34,192 bases of DNA from Octopus bimaculoides (GCF_001194135.2 NC_068985.1:93928372-93962563), one strand, 5' to 3'. Positions 21,750-33,377 are shown, counted from the first letter of the stretch. The notes: generated from the sequence alone by a model not told the origin. Translations and numbers: made by a program.

Positions 21750-21976
21750 TTCTATTTACATGCGAGGGGCAAGTAGATGAAATCTTTGGGGAGGGGGTCA
21801 GTCGATTAGGTCGACCTCCGTACGCAAATGGTATTTAATTTATCGACCTCGAAAGAAGGGAAGGCGAAATCGACCTCGGCGGAATTTGAACTCAGAACCT
21901 AAAAACGGACCTAAAAACGGACGAAATAACGCTAATTATTTCGCCCTGCGTGCTAAAGATTCTGCCAGCTCACCGC
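21750..21976 (-). mobile_element. Nin-domain SINE, type-A tail, with an internal 12-bp tandem duplication
   Basis: Reverse complement of the family body; 'acctaaaaacgg' is duplicated at 21897-21920. Confidence 0.85.
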
Positions 21977-21994
21977 ATTAATGTAGCTAGTATT

Positions 21995-22356
21995 CTTTTC
22001 TACTCTAGGCACAAGGCCCGAATCCAGTACACAACTGGTACTTAATTTATCGACCCCGGAAGGATGAAAGATAAAGTCAACCTCGGCGGAATTTGAACTC
22101 AGAACGTGATGACAGACGAAATACCTATTTCGTTATTGCCCACAAGGGGCAAAACATAGAGGGAACAAACAAGAACAGACGAACGGATTAAGTCGATTAC
22201 ATCGACCCCAGTGTGTAACTGGTACTTAATTTATCGACCAGGAAAGGATGAAAGGCAAAGTCGACCTCGGCGGAATTTGAACTCAGAACGTAATGACACA
22301 CGAAATACCGCTAAGCATTTCGACAGGCGTGCTATAACTTCAACCAGCTCGCTGCC
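21995..22356 (-). mobile_element. Nin-domain SINE dimer: head + type-B unit (22356-22126) + headless, internally deleted type-A unit (22125-21995)
   Basis: The junction 'aataacgaaata|ggtatttcgtctg' is identical to 14542/14543. Confidence 0.9.
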
Positions 22357-22440
22357 TTTGAAAAGCCTACTTTGCCACACTGGTTCGAGATGGCTTGGCA
22401 GAGAGTTACAATTCTCATACTTTTACCTAGAAGCATTTAA

Positions 22441-22604
22441 GTCGAATTTGTCGACCCCAGTACTAAACTGGTATTTATTTTATCGAATGAAAAAAATAAC
22501 ACGCGAAGTCAGCATCAGTTGAATTCGATCTCAGAACGTAACGATGGGAGAAATACCGCTAAGCATTTCGTCCAGCGTGTTAACGCTTCTACCAGATCGC
22601 CGCC
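22441..22604 (-). mobile_element. degenerate Nin-domain SINE, tail missing
   Basis: 'tcgaccccagtactaaactggtatttattttatcga...ctcagaacgtaac...gaaataccgctaagcatttcgtccagcgtgttaacg...cgccgcc'. Confidence 0.8.
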
Positions 22605-23159
22605 TGTATAAGCTACATAATAAAAGTTAAATGAATAGAACTGAAAATTAAAACCGACTTGCAAACTCATGATTTGCGGTTGTCTAATGTCTTCAACGGC
22701 TCATAACACAAATTGTTCGCTGTCTATTTCCTCAGAAAACTTTCGCCAATTATGATGTATATAAAGCCTTCTGTGTACCACTGTATACAAGTCTCACTGA
22801 GATCTGTTGTTTAAATGTTTTCGGTGTTGTTTATCCTTATTTTCTCTTTTGTCATGTCTTGCAATACCGACATTTCAATGATTCAACATACAGTGGTTGT
22901 CAGTATCAATGCATTTTATATTAATATACTTATATACAACCGAGTGACATCTCTATTTTGGAGGCATATTTTACAGACTTATTGCGCAAATGTAGCTACA
23001 GAAGAAAATGAAGTATTTGCAAGTCTTCTTTTGAGGTTTGATGGTTATTAGACTTGACATAACTCATGATTTATTAGACTAAATATAAACCCGTGTCTCC
23101 TCCCTTTTCGTGTGTTTGCCTGTCTCGCTGTTACTGTCTTCTCTGTCTGCCTATCTATA

Positions 23160-23230
23160 TGTCTGTCTCTCTCTCTCTCCCTCTCTCTCTCTCTCTCCNN
23201 NNNNNNNNCCTCTCTCTCTCTCTCTCTATC
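23160..23230. repeat. (CT)n microsatellite with a 10-N gap at 23199-23208
   Basis: Direct reading. Confidence 0.95.
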
Positions 23231-24108
23231 TATAGATGCACACACAGACAAAAGACTTGTTACCCGGCGTTGCCTGGTAAATGACGCACTGGATTATGTG
23301 CCAGATTGTTGAGACGGATTCGTGGTACTTATGCGCGCGCGCACACATACACACACATATATATATATACATGCATATTTATACATATATTTAATCTCAT
23401 TTAATTTAGTAAACTGTTAAATGAATGACAGAAATTTGAATATGAATGTATACTATTTAAAGGTACTGGAATTTCTTTCTGGATAAATGAAGAACGACAG
23501 CTGTATCGCTTGATTGTTTAAAGGAGAACGTTTCTTACGACAGCATTTCTTCTAAATCTGTCTTCCTCCTTACATATTCACTCCTTGTTCCCCAGGTTGA
23601 AATCCACTCGCTGCTGATCATGCTAGAATTCTGGTTAAATTAAGGCATTTTTCATGGTCTATCCTCGTGCTTAATGTATTATCACTGCAAAATACGACTG
23701 TATTAGGAATTTGATCCACTGAACAGGTACATCTTCATCTGATGTACTGAACTTAATTCTAGCTATGATGGCAATATCATTTTTAAATGCACCAAAATTG
23801 ATCATTGCTATGATTAGATTCTCATATTTGCGTTGCACGAGAATCAGTGTTTCATTGTAAAGTCTTGCAGGATCTAAGTTTCTATTATTTGTTCTTTGTG
23901 TTACATTCTAGTGACGTGCATTCTTATTCTGTCCAGCATCACTTTCTCTCCTCTTTTATTTCCTAACTCTATTGTCCGTCTTCTCAGCTATTTCCTGTTG
24001 TCTGCTTATTTTTGTCACTTCCCGACACCGTTTAGCGCAATATCTGATGATCCTGTTCTCTTTCTTCGTCGTATAATCGATCAGTGTGTATATGTGCATG
24101 CAATAATG

Positions 24109-24330
24109 TACGATGGGGTGCTGAAAAGTTTCTATCTTTAAGGGTGTCGCGAAAGGCCTGGTCGGAGGCTCAAACGTCCGAGTTCTTCTGCATACCTTCG
24201 AAAACCTGAAGGACAGCTGCAAATAGGTGTGTGATTCTGAGAGGGGAATATGTTGAATAAAACCATAATTAACTGATCATCTTGTCATTTTTCTTTACCC
24301 AAAGCCAAGAATTTTTCAGCAACGACTCCA
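24109..24330 (+). mobile_element. mariner-derived MITE (non-autonomous)
   Basis: Starts at TA. Imperfect TIRs 'gatggggtgctgaaaagtttctatcttt' vs reverse complement 'gagtcgttgctgaaaaattcttggcttt' (19/28, shared 'tgctgaaaa'). The interior keeps the transposase C-terminus NRCVILRGEYVE* (24222-24260). Confidence 0.75.
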
Positions 24331-24479
24331 ATTAGGAAAGTCAAAAGAAATTAACAAAGTCATGAAACACAAAAGAATGAGTAAGAATAATAGATAATTT
24401 ATAAATGACAATTTTCGAGAACATGAAATGTTATTTAAATTACGCAAAATGATGTATGCATGTGGCTGTTTGTATGTGT

Positions 24480-24592
24480 GTGTGCGTGTGTGCTATATGT
24501 GTGTATAAGTAGGAGAATGTGAGTCCGTGATGTATGTGTGAGCGAGCAGTATGCGTGTGAGCGTGTGTAAGTGTGTGTGCGTGTGTAGGTGC

Positions 24593-24633
<41 letters not shown>

Positions 24634-24769
24634 AAGAGATAGAGATAGATATATAAATGAGAGAGAGAGAGAGAGAGAAAAAAAGCGATAGATATATAAA
24701 TGAGAGAGAGAGAGAGAGAGAGTATGAGAGAAAAAGAGATAGATATATAAATGAGAGAGAGAGAGAGAG
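24480..24769. repeat. (TG)n/(GA)n tract containing three minisatellite units 'atagatatataaat(ga)n'
   Basis: The unit recurs at about 24645, 24687 and 24739; 10-N gap at 24770-24779. Confidence 0.9.
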
Positions 24770-24779
24770 NNNNNNNNNN

Positions 24780-24910
24780 TCAAATTCCGCCGAGGTCGAC
24801 TTTGCTTTTCATAGTTTCTGCGTCGATAAATTAAGTACCAGTTGCGTACTGGTGTTGATCTAATCAAAACACCCATTCCCCCAAAATGTCGGGCCTTGTG
24901 CCTAGAGTAG
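24780..24910 (+). mobile_element. Nin-domain SINE type-A, 5' end cut by a gap
   Basis: 'tcaaattccgccgaggtcgactttgc...gataaattaagtaccagttgcgtactgg...cgggccttgtgcctagagtag'. Confidence 0.88.
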
Positions 24911-25800
24911 ACACGAATTAAGAGATTTAATATTAACAATAATAAACTCGACTATTTCCATTAACTCAACAATTTCCATCTGCTTTGATACGGTGACGTT
25001 TTATGCTTTGACTTTCCAAATTCTCATTTCTAGAGTTCTCTAAAGTGCGTGTTAGTATTGCCGAAACAGACATTGTATAAACACGTACACCATGAACGTG
25101 CGTGTTTTTTTTTATGTTTACATCTAATGTATTGTTTTTTGTGTTGATCCTTGATGTCCTTTTAGCATCAGTTCGATGAATAGTGATCGATGAACCTTTT
25201 AAAGTGATGCTCTGACTTGGTCATAAGCTAATGAACGGAACCAATGAAAGGATGTGTAACAACGTCTTGATGTTGTATTTGTGTAATATAGTTTGAGAAA
25301 ATAAGCATTTCATTGACATTCAGTTGCAGCTTCCAGGCGTTTGTATCGGATTTCTTTCGTTTCTCTTCTCAGCTTTCCGCTAGGAACGACAAGATGATAT
25401 TTAGTATTAATTCTTATAGCAGATTTGATATCGAATTGTTGTTTTAATCCCACAGCAAAAGCGTTCAATACTTGGCTATCCTGCCAGAAGTATTGTTGCT
25501 AGCTATCACTAAAATGCAGCGAATTGAAGCTCAAACGTCTTATAGACCCCACACCACTAAAAATGCAGTGATATTATATCTACGGAGTTTAAGATCGGTC
25601 GTATATTAAAACATATCACATATTTACAGTTCAATCACACGCTAGCTCGTTCTAGTCTTCACAGCCATTTCTCCAAAGCACCTTTCTTTGATTTGCTTAA
25701 TACTCTACTCATGCACTTTTGCTTCTTGCATCGACTGCTTTGTTGCATTTCCTCTTTTTAGGCAGGCTGGCAAATTTCTTTCGCCATGAAATCTCATTGT

Positions 25801-25960
25801 GAAGGCGCGTAACCTAGTGGTTAGAATGTTTCATTCACAACCGTAAGAAAGTGATTTAAATCTCTGCATGGGATGGTACGTTGTGTTCTGGAGTAGAGCA
25901 CTCCCTTTCACGTTCCGTTGGGCCAGTCCACTCGCTTGTAAACGAGTTCCAGTTATGTCT
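25801..25960 (+). mobile_element. degenerate SINE family D, 5' part
   Basis: 'ggcgcgtaacctagtggttagaatg' head, 'cgttgtgttctggagtagagcact' core, 'ttcacgttcc...ccagtccactcgct'. Confidence 0.6.
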
Positions 25961-26675
25961 GTGAAGTTAACACTGCGACGGGGCGGCGGTCGGTTCAAAG
26001 AAGAATGGTATAATCTCAGCCAGTGTACGCCATGGGAATCGAATTTAGGAACAGTTTTCGAGTAATAGAGCTAATAAGAGACATGATTATGTATGATATG
26101 TCACTATTGGATCTTAATATGTTGAGATATCTCTTTGACATTTATTTGTCTCAATGCAAGACATGTTTTCTGCAAACCTTCGACCCATCTTTTTATATTT
26201 CCAGTTTGGGTCTTTTCCTCTTTTCCTAAAGGACGTCTTACATTCCGTTCCATTGCCAAATAAAGTTATCATATGCGTCGAGGAAACGATGAAGCCTTCG
26301 GAATCGTTTTATCCTGATACCATAATATGGCACATGATATCAGCATCTCCAACTGATATTTGAATCATAATTTGTCAAACTGACCGCCAACTCGTTTGGT
26401 AGTGGAATTACACAGCCTATATCACGTGGAATGTTGCAGAGACCTACCACTTGTATAGGAACATGCCAGCAGACATTTCTAGTCCCTTCGCTACTGTCTG
26501 CAGGATTCCATGTAAATAGTTTCTGCAAAATCCATGTTGTTAACACCATACGTTGAATTTTCTGTTGCCGAACCAGAACTATTAACGACTCCTGTTTCAA
26601 AAACATGCGATCTCAGTTTCCCTCTAGTCATTATAGAAAGCATCTAATATGATTGTTCAAGGCTAGCGTTCATCC

Positions 26676-27068
26676 CTTATCTTTAGCTTGCTTCAGTCAT
26701 TAAACTGTGGCCATGCTGGGGTATCGCTTTCAATATATTTAGTGGAATGAATCCGTCCCTATAATTATTTTTCTTCAAGTCTAGGACTTATTCTATCGCT
26801 CTCTTTTGGCGAACTAAACATTACGGGGACGTAAACACAGCAACACAAAGGGCGGCGAGAGGACAAACAGACACAAAGACACAAACACAAAACAAACAGA
26901 TATAAGCCTAATGCTAACCCTAACTCTTAACGTGCTTCAATTTTCGTCTAACAAATCCATTCACAATGATTTGGTCGATTCAAGTCTATAGTAGAAGATA
27001 CTTACCTAAGGTGCCACACAGTGGGATTGGACTCAAAACCATGTGTTTTGGATGCAAGCTTTTTACCA
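26676..27068 (-). mobile_element. composite SINE family C (degenerate spacer)
   Basis: 3' module 26676-26880 and core/head 26945-27068 in the same arrangement as 16181-16652. Confidence 0.75.
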
Positions 27069-27599
27069 TTGCTTCATTAAGCCTCTTGTAACGATTAGAG
27101 CAGATTTCTTTAACGTTACCTTCTTATGAGGAACATAATATGAATTCAAATGGATTTAATATATGTCGATGATGAATGAATAAATTCAACTGAACTAGAA
27201 AAGTTTTTTAAAAATTTTAATCTTTGTTTTGCTAGAGCGGTAAGGTCATTAATAAAAGTTCTTAATACTGACAGTACACAAAATATCTTCCGATTGTAAT
27301 TCTTTGCGAGTATTCTTTTGGCATCATGAAAGGGGATGGCCAAACGGTACAGTCCATGATAATAATTAATCTTTATAGTTTGTTCTAATACAGCATTTCT
27401 ATGTATTTTTAGGGAAGACAAATGTAATATTAATCATTCATTGCTTCTTAATTACTGTAAACAAAGTTAAATAGAAAGGCAGACGAGGTTCACTAAAAAC
27501 TCGCTTGCTTGAAGCTACCATCAAACCGTATTCCAAGTAAAGATATCACTAATTACACTGAATAACATTTGCTCTCTACTGTTTTTGATAACAAATTAC

Positions 27600-27830
27600 C
27601 GATTTGGTTCCAGATATATTTCCTGAAAATATAAATTTGGTTTTGAAATAGTTCATCGAATTATAATTATAAGTTTTCTTCATTCTGTTGGTGATTTTAG
27701 AATGTTATGGAGTTTGACATTAACATTTGCCATTTCATAGTTTGCCTTAAATTCCAAATAAGTGCACATGCTTCCAGATATGCTCTTACTAATTTAAATA
27801 CCAATTTCACCTTTACGAATATAGACTTTT
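27600..27830 (-). mobile_element. possible very old CR1/L2-like RT C-terminal remnant
   Basis: A minus frame reads KLVFKLVRAYLEACALIWN, resembling the LYKxLVRPxLEY...WxP motif. It is a single motif only. Confidence 0.3.
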
Positions 27831-27923
27831 GAGTGGTTTCTCGATTCGTAAACAAGCCTAAGTAGGGTGTAACGCTTCGTTTTCAGAACATGCTTACATT
27901 TGCCGGACTATAGCCCTGTTGCT

Positions 27924-28264
27924 CTTCTTTTATTCTTTATCTACTTGTTTCGGTCATTGGAGCGCAGCTATGTTGGGGCACATTCTTGACGGGTTTATTT
28001 GAAGTAGTCGACCACAGTACTTATTCTGTCGGTCTCTTCTACTAAACCAGTAAGTTACAGAAAGGAAACGTAAACAAACCAACAAAAACGACGAAGAATA
28101 AGCACAAATACAAGGTCGCATACACTCACATATACGACAGGCTTTCACACAATATCCATCGACCAAAGTAATTTATAAAGCATTCATTGGGCTGCGCATC
28201 GGTACTGAACCCAAAACCACGTGCTTGTAAAGCAAGCGTGTTAACCACATATCCATGTCTGCAC
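27924..28264 (-). mobile_element. composite SINE family C with a short spacer
   Basis: 3' module 27924-28100, CA-rich spacer 28102-28135, core/head 28136-28264. Confidence 0.75.
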
Positions 28265-28289
28265 ATATCACCATATTTTTGTTCAAAAA

Positions 28290-28468
28290 AACTTCCTTTG
28301 TTTTAATAAAATTTTAAAATAACTATAAATCAGTAATACATTTGTCATACTAATATAGTGTATGGAATGTAAATTAACATGGTAAGTTATAAATCCAGGT
28401 CCCTTTAGAACAGGTATTGTGAATCCTAGAACCAGAGGTTACAGGTGGGTTGGTATCAGAAGGGTTAA
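28290..28468. mobile_element. one-ended TTAA-type MITE fragment
   Basis: Terminus 'gggttggtatcagaaggg|ttaa' looks like a piggyBac-type CCC/GGG-TTAA end; no partner end found. Confidence 0.3.
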
Positions 28469-28674
28469 TATATGGAAAAACAAACACACCAATAGTTGGC
28501 ACCCATATAGTTCACAGGGTTTGGCTTGTTCCAAACTGTTATTGTATTATTTTACAGCATTCAACTGCGGCCACGCTGGATAATTATTTCTACGGGTTTC
28601 AGTCGATGTTGTTGATACCACAATTCAGTCATTTCAGATTAGTGATGTTTATCTGTATTGTTTCAAAGTATTGT

Positions 28675-28960
28675 TTCAAAATATATCACGCCATGTTCTA
28701 TTGTCTGTTGACATCGATGTGCAAAGAAACTCAATTCTACACTCATAACATTTGGCTGGTTTAGAGACAAAATCCCGTCGTGCAAACTTTCAGCATCGTC
28801 CATGTTGTGGAATCTATGTCTGTACAAGAAACGACTCGGACAAGGCGCTGCATTGTAGACAAAGTAAAGTAGCACTTCCAGCTCCTCTCGTTAATCATGT
28901 TTGCGCTTCTCGCATTGCAGTGTGTGCTGGAGCATTGCCATGCTATACGAGTGTGTACAA
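28675..28960 (-). mobile_element. mariner transposase C-terminal remnant
   Basis: Minus frames read HGNAPAHTA (HDNAPAH motif), ELEVLLYFVYNAAPCPSRFL (decayed WEVLPHPPYSPDLAPSD), RFHNMDDAE, and AHRCQQTIEHGVIYFE (the RWQK.IE.DG.YFE terminus). Confidence 0.7.
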
Positions 28961-29085
28961 AAGACAAATGCTGAGCTTAGGGCTTTCAAAACATCATATA
29001 CCCACTGCCGTTACCGAGTAAGGTACAACTCAGATATTATGAAGATTATCGTCACAAGTGATGAGACATGGGTTTATGGTCTCTG
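28961..29085 (+). mobile_element. mariner transposase fragment carrying the first catalytic Asp motif
   Basis: The + frame reads NSDIMKIIVTSDETWVYG, matching (I/V)TGDE(T/K)WV. Confidence 0.6.
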
Positions 29086-29509
29086 CTCGAAGATCCGATA
29101 ACTACACTCTAAGCGTCTGTACTCTAGGCTTAATAGCTGGGAGCTAATTCGTCCTATTAACGCGAGAATTTTCACGGATATTGAATAAGAATAGCAATAC
29201 TTGCTAACCTAACCCCTCCTTGTTTTTTTCCTGTCCCTCTTTGTATCGTCTAACTGTCTGGATACTTTGTTGTCCCCTGTTGCGTTCTTGTTCCATGTTT
29301 TGTATTCTTTTTCCATATACATATAGCGGCGCACGTACACTTTTGGTCTCTCTCTTTCTCGTGTGTGTATGCATGTATGTGTTTATGCACGCGAGCTTTG
29401 TTGAATTAGAGAATGCATAATAGATATGTCTTTGCAGTTGGAAAACTTTTAAAAAGTGTTATCATAAATAAGGTGTATGTATGCGCTTACTAATATCAAA
29501 TATATTCCC

Positions 29510-29605
29510 ATCACATCATCATCAAAATCGTCATCATCATCAACGTCAACATCATCATCATCCTCATCGTCGTCGTTGACGTCGTCGTCATCATCGTCGT
29601 CATCT
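29510..29605. repeat. (TCA)/(TCG)n imperfect trinucleotide repeat
   Basis: Direct reading. Confidence 0.85.
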
Positions 29606-30150
29606 CTCTTTCTCTCCTGAGAAAAAAAATATTATGCTTCTTCCATTTTTCGTTCCACCATTCTTACATTACATTTTCTGCAGTTCGTTCTAACCCTTTG
29701 TTTATTACTTCATATTTAGCACTTTATCCCTTTAAATATGTTCTCCTTAAGTGTTTCGGAAAATTCTATTGCTTTCGAACAGTGCCTGACAACTGCTAAT
29801 CTCCTCCCAACACGAATTTGGCCTATAATGCAAAATATCTTCAAGGAAACGCAGTTATCACCTAAAACGCAAATCATTACACACGCACACGTGCTCACAC
29901 TTATATGTGTATATACATAAAGGCATACATAAACATAGACTCATACACATAGTTGTTACGATCAGTCTGTTGCAGCAATTTGTTCTGCGTTAATACAAAT
30001 GCACAAGTAAAAGTCACGGGAGTAAGATAATTAAGATTATGACGCAACGACGGAAACGAAATAGCAAAACTAATAGCAGGGGCCAGAGAAGCAAATTGTA
30101 TCACTGAACAATGTAGGAATATAAAGCGATAAAACAAGATATTTTAAATG

Positions 30151-30440
<290 letters not shown>

Positions 30441-31739
30441 TATGTGTGTATGTATGTATGTGTGTGCGTGTGTGTGTGTGTGTGTATGCATGCAAACCAA
30501 TTAGGTAACTGAAATTTTGCATAGTGAAGCTCATTTTGAAAAAAGGTGATATGGTGACTTAATTCTCTAAAGAAAAAAAATGATATTTATGTTTTAATGA
30601 AAAAACAAAACCACTTTGCGTTATTCGTAATGAAAAATATAAGTTATTAGAAAATAATATAATTTGTGAGGAGTGATAATGTATATTAGCACAATATTTT
30701 AAATGAAACCATAGATGCACCGAAAAAAAAAAAGATAAAAGAATCAAATATTAGATGAGTATATTATATTTGTCGTATTATATTTGCTTGTTTTTACTGG
30801 TTGCTACGAATCTCAAATTGAACTCACTTCTGAATGGCTTAGATTTAAATCAAACTCTTCCTTACCAACTGAAGACTGGCAGCATTTTTGAAAGCAATCT
30901 GTAATAAATTATAGTGGAATATCGTAATTAATAATAATCAAATCCAGCAAGACTTGCAACTGCTTCAAATTAGTAAGTAAACTAATTAACGAATCACTAA
31001 ATCATCTAATCGTTAACGCGGGTTAGATTAGCAAATGTTTTTTCATTATCGTTTGTGAGCTAGAATACATGCGAGTTTGTTTGTATGTGTGTATGTGCAT
31101 GCGCGAGCCTATGTGTGTCTTCATTTTACCGAACAAATAGCGCTATCGTCATAGTATAATGATAGCACTTTAAAGTTTTATGTAATTTCCATCATCGATA
31201 TTCAAGCCTGAAACAAACGGTTAAATATCATATAATTAAAACAAAATATTGCAAAAATGTGAAAGGAATGCAATATATTTCGTAGCACATACGTTACTAG
31301 TAAGTTTGCTTCCTACGACGGCGCTTCTATAAAGCATGATCGTATGATCAGCTTAAAATACCATCTAAATCTTCTACACTTCACAGCCAATGTTTTATAA
31401 AATCAAGTATTCTTTAGATTTTATTTTCAATGATACACTATATTTGGAAAAGAAAGGCTAGTAAAGAAAGGAATGATTTTTATGATGAATTTTCTCGATT
31501 AAAGTTGGACTGAGCTCCACGCCATCACTACCACAAGCAACAGTTCGTTTATGATACTACGAATTGAACTGAAAAAGAAAACCATTAGGCACGAAACTTT
31601 AAGCGAAATAAATCTATTCGATGGTTATTTGAGGCAATGCATTTACTTCTTCCGCCAAGACCACCGATAACAATTCTTTACTGACCACCAAGGTCGCTGA
31701 AGTTTCACGTTTTGGCTTCAGGTTAGCAATCGCAAGATG

Positions 31740-31905
31740 AGAGTTTAATCGATTACATCGACCCTAATATTAGAGTGTATTTTATCAACCCATGAAGCGA
31801 AAAGTTGGCCTCGGTGGGATTTGAACTTCAGCACGTAAAAAAACCTACCGAAATAACGCTAAACATTTCGTCCGATGCAGTAGCGATTCATTCATCTCCC
31901 CGTCT
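31740..31905 (-). mobile_element. degenerate Nin-domain SINE
   Basis: 'aatcgattacatcgaccc...tttatcaacccatgaagcgaaaagttggcctcggtgggatttgaacttcagcacgt...gaaataacgctaaacatttcgtccg'. Confidence 0.7.
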
Positions 31906-32849
31906 TTAAAATATATAAAGAAATGCTTTTTCCTATCAAAAACGTATTGATGTAACATGACTTTTCCATACAATGATTATATAAAGTTTATTGAATAGTG
32001 TTGTAAATCCTAATAAGATTTCTTTTTATTTACGTAGAGCTTTTATTTTCTGTATTTGTAATCGAATAAGAAATGAAAGTCTATCGAATAATCAGGCGTT
32101 TTTCACTAAATTTGCACCTGTAAGTATGTGCAGTTAGCAGTGAGCAGTAGAATATTTTCGAATTTATTCATAAATCGAAATGAAACAAATGGAAATAATA
32201 CCAACATAGAATTGTATGGAAAGAAAAATAAAGACGGAGAACAATATGTGTATGATAAAGTAATGCATACATATGCTATAAAAAGGGTGTGGAGTATGCA
32301 AACATATTGAAAAAGCAAAAAGAAAATAGAGGATGAATACTAGAGATATATGGAGAATAAAGATGTTAAAAGAATTGCATATTACAACGAAGTACAATTT
32401 TGAAGTGAAAAAGTATTTAGGGAAATTTATAAAAAAAATTATATATAACAGCTCAGACGTATAGTATATTGTGTTTTCTTATAAAAAAATGTAATGACAT
32501 TGCATTTCTAGATGATTAGGAACAAAACATTTGAGATTGATGTGAAAACAGTGAGGAAAAAGAAGCAGTAGTATTCAGAATGCACAGATATCTAAGAATG
32601 TGTTTGATTTATTCATGGGATTACAGAAATATATATAAAAAAAAGAAAAACAAAAAACAGCGGAGTTGTAGAAAATATAACTAGAATACACAATTATAAC
32701 GAGTCCTTATATTTAAATAATAAGATGCTAAAATACTTTTTCAGGGTAATGTAAAATGATTTAGTCATATAAATAAATTGAATCTACAGAATAGTATTCC
32801 AACATAGAACTATTTGTTAATAACAGCAGCAACAGCAATACTACTACTG

Positions 32850-32928
<79 letters not shown>

Positions 32929-32940
32929 NNNNNNNNNNTG

Positions 32941-33012
<72 letters not shown>
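32850..33012. repeat. (TAA)n microsatellite with a 10-N gap at 32929-32938
   Basis: Direct reading. Confidence 0.97.
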
Positions 33013-33013
<1 letters not shown>

Positions 33014-33377
33014 TAACGATAAAGCTTTCTAAAATACATTGTGTGTGAGAAATATTTTCATGATTTTTTTTTTTTGATATTCTTTTGTAAATAAATATAA
33101 TTTATTTATGTAGGAGCGATATAAATATTTCGAAACGAAAATATTGTAATGTTTGTCAATAAAACGAAAGAAAATGATAGGATAGAATTTGCTATTCCCA
33201 TGGTACTTAGAAAAAAAAAAAACTATCTAAAGTGTCTCGAAAATAGAACTTTATGCACCGCAGCATTGAAAGCTGATGGGTCTATATGTATCGGTACTCG
33301 GGAAGATTGTTCCCGGTCTTCAGATGACTGAAGTGATATCGGGATCTTTTACACGAGGAAATAAATCTAACTACTTA

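Noticed and set aside
23596-23726. Strong acceptor/donor pair (ccccag|...aacag|gtacat) on +
   Set aside because: 131 nt with early stops in all three frames. The antisense frame (LIIAMINFGAF) only faintly recalls an APE endonuclease motif and is not callable.
26905-26930. Telomere-like 'cctaatgctaaccctaactcttaac'
   Set aside because: Only one exact CCCTAA, inside a SINE spacer.
27146-27421. 91-aa minus ORF containing 'TFINDL' (RT-like)
   Set aside because: No following (F/Y)ADD, and it lies downstream of the LVRxxLE-like motif, the wrong order for one LINE; likely coincidence.
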